A stretch of 64,000 nucleotides of DNA. It comes from Lama glama. Lineage: Eukaryota. Below the pieces are notes generated by a model. The model was not told the origin of the DNA and ran no database searches. It worked only from the letters and a program-made list of their open reading frames with translations. Made by a program: the position numbers and the translations under genes. Position 1 is the first letter of the stretch; each line of letters begins with the position of its first letter. Below, in pieces: positions 13,898 to 28,267 of the stretch. The stretch covers positions 57,538,001 through 57,602,000 of the forward strand of contig CM052817.1 in NCBI GenBank assembly GCA_028534125.1, given 5' to 3'.

Positions 13898-16319
13898 TTA
13901 CAAAAAGAAGTAAAAGGAACATAGGAAAACTTTAGGGATCCAAGAGATTTTTGCATGGAAGTGGGACAAATTAAAACTAAATCTATTGTAGAAATGTTTT
14001 CCAAAATCAGATGTACAAGTTCAAAATTTGTGACATTCTGCATACTCATTCAAGTTACTTGCTACAACTAAATACTTAAACTCCTTTTAAGTATCCAATC
14101 TTTTTCAGAGAGCTGGACTTTTATATTGATAAGTAGGACTTAAATAATGACAATGGAAAGGATATATTCTTTATTTTAGACTCAACCCTGTGACAAAGTC
14201 ATCTCCAAGAATATGTGTCAAACAGAAAAGGTAAAATTGCTATATATTCTTTTTTTTCCTTCCAGAATCAGTGGTAGCCACTTTAAAAAAAATCTTCTTT
14301 TTCTATTTCTAAAACACCTACCTTTCACTGCTCGTAGACAGCCTCGCGTTCTCTATGACAATTTGTTCTTGTGCTATTCCACACAATCAAGAGTTTGATA
14401 ATTTTTAAATTTCCTTTCTGTGAACTTCTTGATCCCAAGGAATTCTTTGTAACCACTTTGGCCTGCGACTCTATTCATCAAGTTTGCAAGTATATTTTAA
14501 TATCATTTATAGGAAACAATTTGTCAATTTTAAATAACATTGCAACTGCGCTCATTAAGACATTGAAAAGTTTATGATGATGACTATAACTTATATTACT
14601 CTGGGATATTTGAAATGTGATTAATTATGGAAGGCAGCGAGACTATAGTACAACTTTAATATAGCTGGCGTTGTTCGTTTATCTTACTGGGAGATGGCCA
14701 GCAGTAGAAATCTGGAGAGTTAGGACCTGAAAAAAGCTTCAGGTGCTTGACTAATTGTAGAGGTATGATAGACTGAGGATCAAGACACATTAAATTGTTT
14801 AAAAGTTTATAATTAAGTATTTTCAATATACTTAAGTACTTTCAAAATTTCAGTTATTTCCCCTAAATCAAGATGCATTAAAGATGAATGTTTTGTTCCA
14901 ATGTAATTAAACTAATATTCACATTAGATTATTTTATGTTCTTTGTGAAGCACTGTCTTTGTGACATTTACTGAGTGTACTGCTCCAAACAAGCCAGTAA
15001 TCTTGACTCCCACTCCCTACTCTCCCAAAGCTTCTTGAAGTAGAAAGAATATGATTTTAGAGTCTAGAGAGCTGAGTTTAGATCCCATTTTTCTAATGTT
15101 AATTGGGACTGATAATACCTTTTAAATATTCTAGGATTAAGATGGATCTGTAAAACCTGTGCCCCATAATCATGAATCAATGAATGTTAGTTCCTTTCTC
15201 TGGCACTGCCTAAAGTATCTTAATCCCTCAGGAAAAATTGCTGGGTGAAGGGGGAAATGGTTTATGGAATACAGTCCCTAGGGCACTGTCATCACCCTAG
15301 CCAGGATCCTCTCTTTTCTATATTTGTCTTTGGAATATTCCAGCTGTATGCTTGCAATATTAAGAATCACTTTGCCTACAACAGAGGCAACTTGGGGATC
15401 CAGTGGAGATCTGAGATGGAACTGTTGCCCAAAACCGTGTGACAATAGGCACACATTGCAGAAAAGAAAATCATACATTTCAGTGTGAGCAAACCCCTGG
15501 GAGTTCCCTTAGCTCTCAGGGTAGCCTTTAGCAGTGTCTGCAGCCTCTGGCTCCGTGGATACCGCCTTCACTGAGGCTGTAGTCTCCATTGTCGTGAGCC
15601 GCCTCCCAGGGTAATTGACAGTGACAGGGGTTAGGAGAGGTAGAAGAGCCACAGAACAGACATCAAAGGCAATTATCACAACCCTCAGGTTGCTGTGAAT
15701 GGAAGCAGTCACTCAGAATGTCATTTTGTAAATAAATTCCCTGGGCAGATTAAAAATTTTGATAGTCACCAAAGTAAAAATATGACCCCAGAGCTTTCAA
15801 TGAAAAAGATATTTTCACCAAAAGCATATCAGCATCTGCTTCCTGGGGTTGAATATTTCCTGATTTGCAAATACACTCTATCCTAGTACCTCAAAAGCTG
15901 TTTGGTTACATTCCCAAAGTAGTTACATCTGTTTCCCATTCCACAGTAAGTTCATATATTCCTTCTCACCAGCTTGCAGCAGTTATGCAGCACCTACTAA
16001 GTGCAAAGCATTGCTCTAGGTAACAGAAAAATCTGACCATAGAGGTGAGCAGGGGAGCAAAATAATGCATGTCAGAGATCTTACACAAATCATCACCCTA
16101 TCAATTATTTTTGTCAATAATGACTCCAGGCCAGCAGGAAAAATTTCCCTCCAGGTAGCCATAAAATCTGATAGTTTCAAGGTTTTGAAGGTCTTAGATA
16201 ATTCAGTTCCTTGTATTTTTCTTGTTCTTAATATTGGGAACCATATCCCAAATTCAAATGGTCTCTTTTTTTTTTTGGTATTTTATATACTTATATTTTA
16301 TTTTTAACTGAATGAAAGA

Positions 16320-16675
16320 TTCTTTAAATACTATAGTGCTTTACAATTTTCAGAAGTTTCACACATATGAATTTATACAATCCCATAATAACTCCTTTTT
16401 TTCCCCACCCTACCTCTATATTGCCCCTCCCGGCTTCCCTCTCCCCACTGGTAACCACTAATTTGTTCTTTATATCTGTCAGTTGGCTTCTTTTTTGTTT
16501 TATTCACTAGTTTGTTGTATTTTTTAGATTCCACATATAAGTGATAGCATACAGTATTTGTCTTTCTCTGTCTGATTTCTTTCACTTAGCATAATGCCCT
16601 CCAAGTCCATCCATGGTGCTACAAATGGCAAAATTTCATTCTTTTCATGGCTGAGCAGTATTCCATTGTATATAC
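16320..16675 (-). mobile_element. L1 3' fragment
   Basis: TTAGATTCCACATATAAGTGATAGCATACAGTATTTGTC..CACTTAGCATAATG. Confidence 0.85.
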
Positions 16676-17719
16676 TTATATTTTATGTATATGCTTCTCA
16701 ACTTTCTTTTTTTTGTTAATATACCTACATATACCTAAAATTGAGATCCCTATAACTTATTCTGCAACTCCCATTTTAACCATATACTCTAAAGATCTCT
16801 TCATACCAATAAATATTCAAGTTTGTATTTTTTCTTTATATCACATATCACTAGCTAAAATTAAACATTATATTATTATCTATCCTCTCCTTGTTTTTAT
16901 TGACTGTCATGTTCTCCCACCACAGTGAAAGCTCTAGAATGTAGAGAATTTGTCTGCTGTGTTCTTCATGTCTGAAACAATGCCTGGCACACAGTAAGAA
17001 CTTCATAGATATTTCTTGAATGATTGAATAAATGACAAAAATATTTTACTTTAAATATATTTTTAAAAATATTTAAATTTTCTATTTTATTAAATGCTTA
17101 CTATTGTACTTTTCTGAACTTGAAGTTTACTCAATTTTAAAATACCTGTAAAAGAGAAACCATCAAAAAAAAAAAAATGAAAAGACCACCTCTTGAATGT
17201 GAGAGAAAATATTTGCAAATGATATGACCAACAAGAAGTTAATATCCAAAATACATAAACAGCTTGTAAAACTTAATGTTAATAAAACCAAACAACCTAA
17301 TTGAAAAATGGCAGAAGACCACTATTTTCAAATTTCTTTTCTCACAGCCATTGCATGTAGGAGGAGCCATGCAAAGGAGATAAAGAAAAAACTGCTAAAA
17401 TATATTTCCCCTCAGTTGGTACAATCTCTGTGGAATCTTGATGAAGGATACATTAGCAGCATGTATCAAAATTACAATACAAAATCACAAACTTTTTGAC
17501 TCAGAAATTTTACATCCAGGAATTTATATTATAGACATACTTGCACTGATATTTGTACATGGTTATTCTGCATCATTGCTTACATAAAGGTAATAGAGGA
17601 CTAACTGGATAAATCACAGTGCCTGTATATAGTGGAATAGTTTGCAGCTACTGGAATGAATAAGGAAACTAATTTTTAATGTGCCGATACTTAATGATCT
17701 TCAGGATACATTGTTAAAT

Positions 17720-17754
<35 letters not shown>
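17720..17754 (+). repeat. (AAC)n microsatellite
   Basis: Read directly from the sequence. Confidence 0.97.
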
Positions 17755-18029
17755 AGCTGAATGTAGACCTGTTTGGCAGGTATAGATAAAAGTCAATTTG
17801 TTTAGGAACAGGGGAATATATATACATTAGAAAACACAAAGTAAGCCTAACTTATAGTTTCTTTTCATAGTATGTTTTATTTTTTCCTTTAAAGAAATAA
17901 TAAGAGTTTTGAAATTATATGTTGCACCCTAACACCTGGACATTTTAAAGCTTTCTTGACAATACCTTTGAATCAAAGAAAAATCTAAGACCAAACAGCA
18001 AAATGTACAGAAGATAAATATTGTGAAAT

Positions 18030-18850
18030 TTCTAAATATTTATGTGGTCTCAAAGTGACTCTCCCCAGATTGCTTGCTTGTTGCCAAGAAGCAAAAGTGT
18101 AACTTTCCAAGAGAGAAACTAGACAACATCCTGACTGGGTGATCAAAAGTATCATCATCAATCAGAGGCAGACAGACATCATATTGTAACACTATGAAAA
18201 GGGCACAAATCACTTAATGGAATGTAAAACCAGAATCTAATCATGAGGCAACCCAAACTGAATAACATTCTAACTAACCTGTATTCTTTAAAAAATGTCA
18301 AAGTTGTGAAAGACAAAGAAAGGCTAAGGACTGTCCCACATTAAAAGAGACTAAACAGCTAAATTCAATGTGTCATCCTAGACTGCGTCTTGCACTAATG
18401 GGAAAAGTAATATTGTAAAAGATATTATCAGGATATTTCACAAAATTGAAACATGGATTTATAGATTAAAGTAATGTACAATAGTTATATACAAATATAT
18501 TCTAAAGGAGTCCATGTAATTGTAGTAAGAGGTAAAGGAGTGTGGTGTATAGAACTTATAAGTGGTTTAGAAAAAACATTATGCATAATCATATGTGTAT
18601 ATATAGCCACTGTGAATCATAAAGCAAATATGGCAAAATGTTAAAAGTTGATGAATTCAATGTGAATGTACTGATTGCTGATTGCCACTGACTTGTTCAC
18701 TCTAAAATGGTTAGTTTTATATTATGTGAATTTCACCTCAAAAAAAACCTGACGGATTGAGTAAAGGGTATAAAAGAATATCCAAGATTTCTCTGTACTA
18801 TTCCTGTAGCTTTTCTGTAAGTGTGAAATTATTTAAAAGAAAAAGTTAAA
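18030..18850 (+). mobile_element. Old L1M 3' UTR fragments
   Basis: L1MC/ME-like motifs such as AAAGACAAAGAAAGGCTAAGGACTGTCCCACATTAAAAGAGACTAAA. Confidence 0.65.
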
Positions 18851-19929
18851 AGAAATCTCTGTGTATTTAGTTTCTAGGAAAATGGAAACCATAGTTGTGG
18901 TTCTACAGAGAATTTAGTTTGGAAATTAAGTTAGTTATACAGATGTTAAAGGACTGAAAAAAGCAAAGGGACACTGAGGTAACTCTAAGGTAAAGCCTGC
19001 AGGTGGCAGCTGCCATGCTCTAGGAGGGGCCCCGCAAAGCTGAGACTCAGCCCTCTGGGTGGGACAGTGGGGCTGCTTCAGGGAGCCTGGAGAAGAATCT
19101 GAAGGCTGAAACTAGGTGCTGCTGCCAGGCTGAAGTGGCATTCTGGCCAAAAGTGAACTTAGGTCTCCTATACTTTTCTGGTTCATGTACAGAATAATTA
19201 TCCCAATCAGTGCTGTGGTCCCCACTGGGGAGTGGTTGGAAGTGGATTCACATGAGAGTTATGAAATAGAGTATGAGTACCATCTCCCCAGGGAAAGGGC
19301 TTGGACCTGCCTAATATGGGGTTGGGAGCAAATGATGAACTTGGGTCTCTCATGTTCTCTGTGGTGCAGCTGAGCCCTTAGTCATGGGCGCCACTTGACA
19401 TAAGGCACTCCAGCTGTGGCTGGGACTGACCTAGCAGCCCAGAAACCCAGGGCCCAGCTACCCTCCCATTTTTAACCAGGATCCAGCAGGGTCTATTTTA
19501 GTGTTGACTTTTTATCATTTTATTCATGAAGAAACTGTTGCCCAGAGAAGTAAAGTAATTTGCTAGCACTGGAAGTCTCACTAACAACTGGGAAGATGGT
19601 ATATGAAAAATGGGGCTCCTTTTCACCTGGCTCTTAGGGAACTTAAAGAAAGATGGTCTAAAACTGGGAGATGTTGATATTGAAGACAGAGATTCAGTGG
19701 AGGAGTTCTGAGGAGCAATGTGGAGTCCTGCTTCACCACCTCCAAGTCCTTTGGTCTCCCACATACAGGAGAGAATTCAGATGCCCGATGTAGTCTGTTT
19801 CTTCAGGGTTGAGCCACTGACCCAATTTCATGTTGAGAAGTGGGATCAGGGCATCCTCAGGTTTTCCCTGTGGGCTTTCCCAAACTGAACATTTCCTGTG
19901 TGTGACTGGCACTACTCACTCAGTCTACC

Positions 19930-20120
19930 TGCTTTTATCATTAACTCATACCAGGAACCTTATGTGACAGCTATTATTATCTATTTTACAGATAAAGAAA
20001 CTGAGGCACAGAGAGGTTAAGTAACTTACCCAAGGCCACACAGCTAGTGAGTAGCAGAGCTTTGAATTTGGGCAGTCTGGCTCCAGGTTGTGTCCCTAAA
20101 TACGGTTTCCCTGCCTCTCA
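19930..20120 (-). mobile_element. MIR
   Basis: Core TTTTACAGATAAAGAAACTGAGGCACAGAGAGGTTAAGTAACTTACCCAAGGCCACACAGCT. Confidence 0.88.
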
Positions 20121-20402
20121 GGTGAAGAGGTTCAGTCCTATCAATCTCAATGTGTTAGAGCAGGCAGATAGCTGGATATGAGCAGAAAGGGGGACACAGA
20201 ACAAATGACAAGAATTAGGCAGGAAGGAAGGGCACAGGCCAAATGCAGGAAACCATACATCACATGAGCTCCAGGGGTCCCTGGGCAGAGAAAGAAAAGC
20301 AGGAACCTCTGGGCTGATAAGTGGTCACTCCTTTAGGGGTGACTAGAGGCCTGGAGGCTGACAAAGAAAGGTGGGAAAAGGCAGGACTCTCCAGTGTTCA
20401 AA

Positions 20403-20807
20403 TGTAACCTTTGGCTCATTATGCCCTCGTCACAATAAAATTAGCCTTGCAGATGAGAAGTACCCATCATTCACTGACACCATGACAATTCCAATCCAGA
20501 CTAAATAAAGACAAAAATTCTTCCTTCCTTTGTGAAGGTGGATTTGGGATGAAAATTGGGGAATGTGACCCCAAGCCCTTTCCTCCTCAATGAATATCCC
20601 GCCCACTCATTTTTATACTCTATGTAACCAATCTGCCAAAGAAACTCAGCACAGCTGCTCACCTGAGCCTGCCCACTCTCCCCTTGAGAGTGTACTATCC
20701 ATCCCTTAATAAATCCTGGCTTTACTTTCTGAACCTCTGTGTCTTGTCTCTGAATTCCTCCTGGGATGGGACAAGAACCTGGACACTGGCTATATCTACC
20801 GATTACA
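20403..20807 (+). mobile_element. Solo LTR (ERV1-like)
   Basis: Inverted termini TGTAAC...ATTACA; AATAAA at about 20708. Confidence 0.7.
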
Positions 20808-20869
20808 AATGGGGGCTCAACTCAAGCACCCAGTAACCATCTCACATTCTGGTCACTGTCATAGTGACA

Positions 20870-21340
20870 TCAGTCTCCTCCCAGTGAGATCAATGTCCTA
20901 ATATCTAGAACCTGTGACTGTTTCCTTATATGCAAAAGGGACTTTGCAGATGTGATTAAATAGAAGATTTTGAAAGGCAGAGACTATCCTGGATTATCCA
21001 GGTGGGCCCTGAACATAGTCAAGCGTCCTTATGAGAGGGAGGCAGAGGGGGATTTGAGTACAAAAGAGCAAGTAGGAGATCTGAGGATGGAAGAAAGGGG
21101 TTGGAGTAATTTGAGGAGGGGGTCAGAAGTCAAGGAAGGCAGGTAGCCTCCAGAATTTAAAAGAAAATCAGTCTTCCCTGTATCCCTAGAAAGAAAGAGC
21201 CAGCCCTGCTGATTCCTTGCCTTTAACTCAAATTGATTTCAGCCTTCAGACGTTCAGAAGTATTAAGAGAACAGATGTGTGTTGTTTATAGCCTCTCAGT
21301 TTGTGGTCATCTGTTGTAGCAGCAATAAGAAAATAAGAGT
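20870..21340 (+). mobile_element. MaLR LTR (MLT1-like)
   Basis: GCAAAAGGGACTTTGCAGATGTGATTAA..CCTGGATTATCCAGGTGGGCCC..GTAGCAGCAATAAGAAA. Confidence 0.85.
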
Positions 21341-24300
21341 CACCAACTCAAAGGGGGCCTCATTTCAGGGAAGACGGCATTAGGGCCGGGATTGCAGGCA
21401 CCCTGCCTCCCTCTACCCTGCCCCCATCCCAAACAGTCAGCCTCCTGTCAAATTGTATGTCAGCTGCTCTCTTTCCTTCATTCACATATTTATTGAGTGC
21501 CTCTTAACATCTAAACACTATTATAAGTCCTGGGCTCATAATAAGCAGTAAACAAGACAAAAATGCCATCTCAGGGCTTCAGTTCAATGAAGGAGAGAGA
21601 CCATATGCCCATGCAAATGAAGAAATAAATACTCTGAAGACAGTCATCTGTTTGATCTTAGGCCTCAGTCATCTCTCACCTGGGAAACCTCCCAGCCTTC
21701 TGGCTGCCTCCTCATGGAAGAAACCCTCATCTACTTCCTACGCGCATCAGATCCTGTGTGAGGCACCTTTACTCTTGCAGTCCCCTCACCCCAACCAATG
21801 CATTCGGCACACCACAAAGCAATTTTCCTAATGGCCATCTGCCCAAGGGATCAAGGCCAGACTCCTTAGCATGGCTGAAAACACCCTTCATGCTTTGGAC
21901 CCTGAACTCCACTCCAGTCTCATCCCACCTCCCCGGGCTGGAGCGTAAGGTCAGGCAGGGCAAGGGGAGGGTGGGATGAGGCTGACCCACCGGGGTTCTT
22001 AATTGGCTAAGACCCCTCTCTAAGCCTTTGCCTATATACTTGCCTGCCTGGGATGCCCTTCCCTATTTCTTTTCCAGAAAGTCTTTCTAGGGCCCGCAAG
22101 TCTGGGATGGTTTTTCATGGTACTTGGGGGAACATCTCAAACATAGCACCTACCACACAGCAACGTTTACCTGTCATCCTCCCTCACTGATCTGTGAGCT
22201 CTTTGGCAGTAGGGCTGCCCACTTTATACACCCTGAAGTTGTTAGCGTACCTTAGAAAATCTCCAGGCATGCAGTAAGTCTTCATAAATGTTTTCTGAAT
22301 TAAGGAGTGTGAGTGAATGTGTTACAAATTAACCGTAGGAGTGAAGAGAAAAAAGTCATTCATGAAGGCTAGGGGTGCCTTTTGAAGAACATTGAAATGT
22401 CAGACACGCTTTGTTGAAGGACCAAGGCTTGGCAGGGCTTCTACATCTGGCAAACTGGAGCCGGGATTTTGGAGGTGAAGGTGAGTTTAGAAATGGGGAG
22501 GAGGCTGAAGGGAGGAAGCTTACCTAGGGTGAGGCAATGGCTTCAGGCAGGAAAGTTTCAGAAAGCAAAGGTTTTTAAAACTACCTTGGTGAGGTTCACG
22601 GGCCTTATTAAAGTGTCAGAAAACTATTCAAAGGCTTCTTAGAAGTATTGGACAGGTCATTGCAGAAGGTAGAACATCACTGTCTAGAGATGTGTTAAAA
22701 GAGCCCCTTCTAAACATACCACCTCTGCCTGTGTAAATACCCATCCTGGAAGGAAGGAAAGAACTGGAATGGGTCTTCCTTTATTTGACCTAGGCTGCTT
22801 TAAAATGGCTGGGGCTGCCCCAGGAGAAGGACCCACTGAGCCAGCGGAGGAGGGCTGGCCCAGGGCTAAGTGGTGGTTGACAACCCAGCAAACCGACATT
22901 CTACAGGCGTCCTTGAATCTCCAGTAAGCTCAGGGGATTCTGTGCTCCAGGTAGGCCCTGTTAAATCCTGCAGCAAAACGAGCATCTTCATTGTGTGTCT
23001 AGAGCTTGTTTACTCCCTGGGGCTGGTTCTTTGATTGCTGTGCTTCAGAATATTTGCATAAGAATGAGACACAATGGCGCAATGGTTACACAAACCCCAG
23101 GGGCACTGGTTTCTGGACAGACTTGGAGGAGAATTGATCTTTAACTCTTCTGGGAATCTCTAGAGCAAGTTAAAGGACTACAAAGTTTATTCCGATGATG
23201 GGCCGGGTCAAGCCTGATACAAATTTCTCTTTTAATTGTTTTTAGGCCGAGGAGATAAGGAAGGATGAAATTTCTCTTTTGCACCAGCATCCCTTCTCCC
23301 CTTCTCTCTAACCCTGCACATGGCCACTTTACGCCACACTTGCTACATGCTCCCACCCAAAGGTCAGCCCCATTCTTCCAGTTGCCACCAAACACAGACT
23401 TTTCCAAGGGGCCAGAGTTTTTTTCGCTTGTTCCTGGTCTGTGGCTGTATCCTGATGCCAGCTCTCTTCCCTGCCTTTATGTCATAACCTCTTCACCAAT
23501 CCCATGTAGTGTCACCTCACATTTCTTCAAACACTTGGTATTGTCACCGAGGTCACTGCAGTGGGGTTGTTCGTGAAATTTTAACCTAAAAATGAACCCC
23601 TTCTGTGATGGAGAAATAAAGAATACTTAAAGGTAGCTGCAAGGAGAACTGGGGACCATACACATCTTTCCTGAGTTGGGCCTCATGTAAAAAAGATTGC
23701 TTATCACTAATCCATGCTGGCTACACTTACTTCTCAAGGTTTCATGGCAGAGGCACACAGGTCTCTAGGTACTCAGGACTGTGAGACCTTTGAAGCTCGA
23801 GGCTCTGTCACATTTATTCCTGGAGCAGCCACAAAGCTGACATTCAGTAAACATGTTCATTTATTTAGGAGAGAAGCTGCCCACGTTCTGTGGGCTGACT
23901 TCTCCATCACACCCTTACCTTTCTGCATAAATTTTAGACTCTGGTCTCATCTCTGCAAAACCAAACCAAACCAGTGTCCCCATAATCCATCCTGCTTTCA
24001 CTTGCCCCTGACATCAACCTTGGCTGCTGTTTTTTTTTATCTTTCTCCAAAAAAAAGAGCGACTAGGCCCACTTCTCCTACTCCCCAACATTGTAAAATC
24101 AGTTTCCTCTACTCACAGAAACTGTCCCAGCTGCATTCATCAGGGGCCTCTTCATTGAGAAACCAGCTGGGTCCTGTTTCGTCCCTTCGCCTGCGTAGCT
24201 GCAGATTCTGTCACCTTGTCATGCTTCCATCCTGGCCTCCCCAACAACACACTGTCCCTCTGAGTGCCCAAGGGGCTTCTCAGGCCATTTCTCCCCTTCT

Positions 24301-24384
24301 CCATGTCAAAGCGTCCCTTTAGCCCCCAAACACAGGTGCTGCTAAGGTTCTAATGCTGCTCTCCCACCACCTCCCTCCCGTCTA

Positions 24385-24880
24385 GAATCTGCTCCTCAAC
24401 GTGCTCCACTTGCACCAGCAGTGCTGGCCTCACTGAGAGCCTGTTAAAACTGCAGAACCTTAGATCCCACCCTAAACTTCCTGCATCAGAATCTGCATTT
24501 TTATTAAGATCCCCAAGTGACTCATCTGCACATCAAAGTTGAAGAGGTGCAGGTCTACAGAAGCACTATGCAACAGAAGGAAAGTGTGGACCACACGTGT
24601 AATTTGAAATCTCTAGTAGCCACGTTAAAAACATGACAAGAAACAAGTGAAACTCATTGTCACCATAGTGTTCATTTAACTTAATAAATCCAAACTCTTA
24701 TACTTTCAACGTGTAACCCGTATGAAAATTACTGAAATAGTTTATGCTCCTTTTATTGTGGTAAGTTTTTGAAATTCAGTGTGTATCTTACCCTTCCAGC
24801 ACACGTCACTTCACCACAGCCACATATCAAGTATTTAAGAGCCATGTGGCTAGTGGCTACAGTATTGGACAATGCAGCTC
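24385..24880. mobile_element. Adjacent MER5-like and MER3/MER33-like DNA transposons
   Basis: CATCAGAATCTGCATTTT..AAGATCCCCAAGTGA, and CATGTGGCTAGTGGCTACAGTATTGGACAATGCAG. Confidence 0.75.
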
Positions 24881-25855
24881 TGGAGTTTACCACGCAGATA
24901 AGACCTTAAGGTTAAAATGAAAAAAAAAAAAAAAAGATCAGTGTTTGAACCTCACTTCAGCACGGATTAGCTTTGTGATCTTGAGCAAATTACCCTTCTC
25001 TGGATTCCTTTCCTCATGATGTGAACGAAATAACAGTAACCAGTTCAGAGAGTGAAGATTAGAGATAGTGTCTGTAAAAATATACAGTTAGCCCTTTATA
25101 AATGGTGGCTATTAATACTCTCCTCTATTTTCTGGGCTTTATTTAATTATATGCAAAACTGGCTTTTTAATAAGCAACATTAATTATCATTTTTTTTACA
25201 TAAAGGTTTCTTACAATTCAGTGGTTAAAGACTGTTTCAGTGCTTCTCCATGTGGTTTTTAGTAACTGATTCAAAATGTAAACAATTTAAATTCTTATAT
25301 CCACAGTTAGATGATGGCAGAGACTCTGGAGCCAGGCTAACTGTGTTCAAAACCCAGATTTGTCACTCACTGGGTATGCCTCAGTTTCCTCATCTAAAAT
25401 AGTGCTAATACTAGTCTCTGTCCTATGGGGATGTTATAAAGATTAAAGGAATAAATAATAGAAAGTCTATACACCAGTACCCAACCCATAGTAGGCATTA
25501 CATGTTATAAAGACCTATTCACAGTAACAATTACCAAGAATCTGGGGATATTGGAAATGCCTGTGTTAAAATGTTAAAAGACACAGAACACAAAATGGTT
25601 CTTATAGTATGATCACAACTATAATAAGATCAAAATAGAATTATGACTAGGAGAAAGACACCAAATATTAATTTTAATCGTGTTTAGGAGACAGAATTTT
25701 GAGTGATTGTTTTCTTTCTGTTTTTCTGAACATGTATTAATTTCATAATGAGGAGAACCAAATTAACTTTATTTCTCAAATTGCTCACTGGTTGAGAGCA
25801 TGGGGTGTAGAATACTGCTCCCTGGGTCCCCCTGAGAGCACTGTAGTAAGTGAAG

Positions 25856-26835
25856 TAACTCAGACAAAGACAAATATTGTATGATCTCACTTACCTGTGG
25901 AATCTGAAAAAAAGCCAAGCTCCTAGAAACAGATCAGAATGGTGATTTCCAGAGGCTGTGCGGGTAGAGGAAATGGGGAGATGTTGGTCAAAGGATACAA
26001 ACTTCCAGTTATAAGATAAACAAGTTCTGGGGATCTAATAAACAGCATGGTGACTACAATTAACAACACTACATTATAATGGGATATTACTCAGCACTAA
26101 AAAGAAATGAGCTATCAAGGCATAAAAAGATATAGAGGAACCCTGAATGCATATTACTAAGTGAAAGAAGCCAATTTGAAAAGGCTACATACTGTATGAT
26201 TCCAACTACATCACATTCTGGATAAGGCAACACTATAGAGACTGTCCAAAATCTGTGGTTGACAGAGGTTGGGGGAGGTGGGAGGACGAAGGAATAAATA
26301 GAGCACAAAAATGTTTAGGGCAATTGAAACTGTCCTGTATGATCCTACAGTGGTAGATACTTATTATTATACACTTGTCCAAACCCATAGAAAGTACAAA
26401 ACCAAGAGTGAACCCTACTGTAAACGTTGGACTTTAGGTAATAATAATGTGTCCATGTAGGTTCACTGATAGTAACAAATGTACCAATGTGGCTGTAGAT
26501 AGTGGGGGCAGTCGTGCATGTATGGAAATGGGTATAGGGGAATTCTCTGTACTCTCCACTCAATTTTGCTGTAAACCTAAAACTGCTCTTTAAATGTAAA
26601 TGTTATTAATTAAAAAATAAATCATGAAAAACTACATTATATACTTGAAAGTTGCTGAGAGAGTAGATTTTAAATGTCTTCATCATACACAAAATTTGTA
26701 ATTATGTGAGGTGATGGATATGCTAACTTTATTGTGGTAATCATTTCATATTACATTATGTGTATCAACTCATCATATTGTACACTTAAACTTGCATAAT
26801 GTTATGTGTCAATTATACTAAGTAAAACTGGAAAA
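25856..26835 (+). mobile_element. L1 3' end containing a nested second L1 3' end (26079-26630)
   Basis: 11-bp direct repeat ACTACATTATA at 26068-26078 and 26631-26641; the outer L1 sequence resumes after it. Confidence 0.8.
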
Positions 26836-27699
26836 CAAAATAAGACATGAAAAAGAAAAGATTCACTTCATAGATTTCAGAGAAGCAAATTTTTTAAAAC
26901 TAATAGATTTATGTCAAATAAGTCTTAGAATCAGAATTGAATTGATAAATGAAGACATTCACTGAAAAAGTGTTAAATCCGTTTTGGCTATTATATTTCT
27001 TCACCTCAAACTTAAGAATTAAAGTAGAAGCATAATGTTTGAGAATGTTTTTAAAAACTATGCTCAGATTCAAAATGGTTTGAAAATTCTTGAAAATTAA
27101 TGAGCAAACAGTTTGTTTTTTTCCACTATTTCATCATTACAGAACTGCAAAACCTTTGAAGAAACAGTATTAGTGACATTTTGGACAATGAAAAGTATAA
27201 AACTGGATTGTTAGCAGAGGAGATAACAAAATATAAGTTAGAAAATTCATAAACATATATTTATTCAAGAAATACAATTACTAAAGTCCTTGATATTTCA
27301 ATGATCATCCCATATTAGAAAATATTCACAACATGCACTCTTTTAAGTATATACCAAGTCATACTGACATTGTTTTCAGATAATCCACAGCCATTTCTTC
27401 TATTAAATGCTATGATATCCGTTTACATTGTAAACAAAGTACTTGAGCCAAATTATTTAAGTCCTGGAACAAAGTAACTTTCAAAAATTTAGATGAGGAA
27501 GACAGTGATTTTTTTTTTTAAAACACGTCTGAATTATCAAAACTCAAAGAACTAGGCCACTATTATCTAGTATTATAGTAATGGATAAAGTGCCCATATT
27601 TAAGATAGCACATAATTATCCATGACAATATCAGAGAAACAAATTTTAATTAAATAAAATTAAAACAAAACCCAAAATTCCCTGAGCTTTCTTCTGGCT

Positions 27700-28130
27700 A
27701 TACATTTCACTAGCTGATGACCTTGGATAACTTGCTTAACTCCTTTGTGCCTTGATTTCCTCATCTATGAAATGGGAATAATAATTTTACTTAACTCATA
27801 AGAGTTGTGAGAATTAAATTATATAATACCTGTAAAGGTCTCAGGAAAATGCCTGGCACATATTCACAATGTCTGTGATAATGAAGATGAAATAGGGGAA
27901 GGAGGGGGAAGGGGAAGAGAAGAAGGCCTCTGTTAGTTATGTGTGCCTCCCCTCGGTTTGAATCCTGATTAGCTGTTGGAGTTAGGGCATGTTTCTCAAG
28001 TTCTCTGAGCCTTAGCTTCCTCATCTGTAAATGAAATAATAACACAGACAATATGCGTGAATCAGAAAGATTGATACTGGGAATAAATAAGATCATTCAT
28101 GTATAGTGCCTGAATCACAGTAAGCTCAAT
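27700..28130 (+). mobile_element. Two MIR copies
   Basis: TTTCCTCATCTATGAAATGGGAATAATAAT and CTTAGCTTCCTCATCTGTAAATGA. Confidence 0.75.
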
Positions 28131-28267
28131 AATATAAAGTACTTCTTAAAAATTAAAACAAATTGGAATAACAATGTCTACTTCATAGGTTACTGAGAAG
28201 ATAAAATGTACTTGGAAAACTTAGGTACCATAAAAATGAGGCACTGGTTTAAAATGTCAATTAATTT

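Noticed and set aside
15278..15712. Two adjacent minus-strand ORFs suggesting a pseudogene
   Set aside because: No protein family recognised; the region is better explained as non-coding, possibly regulatory.
23714..24322. 202-aa ORF, the longest outside the gap
   Set aside because: No recognisable domain, composition typical of non-coding DNA, and no supporting gene structure.
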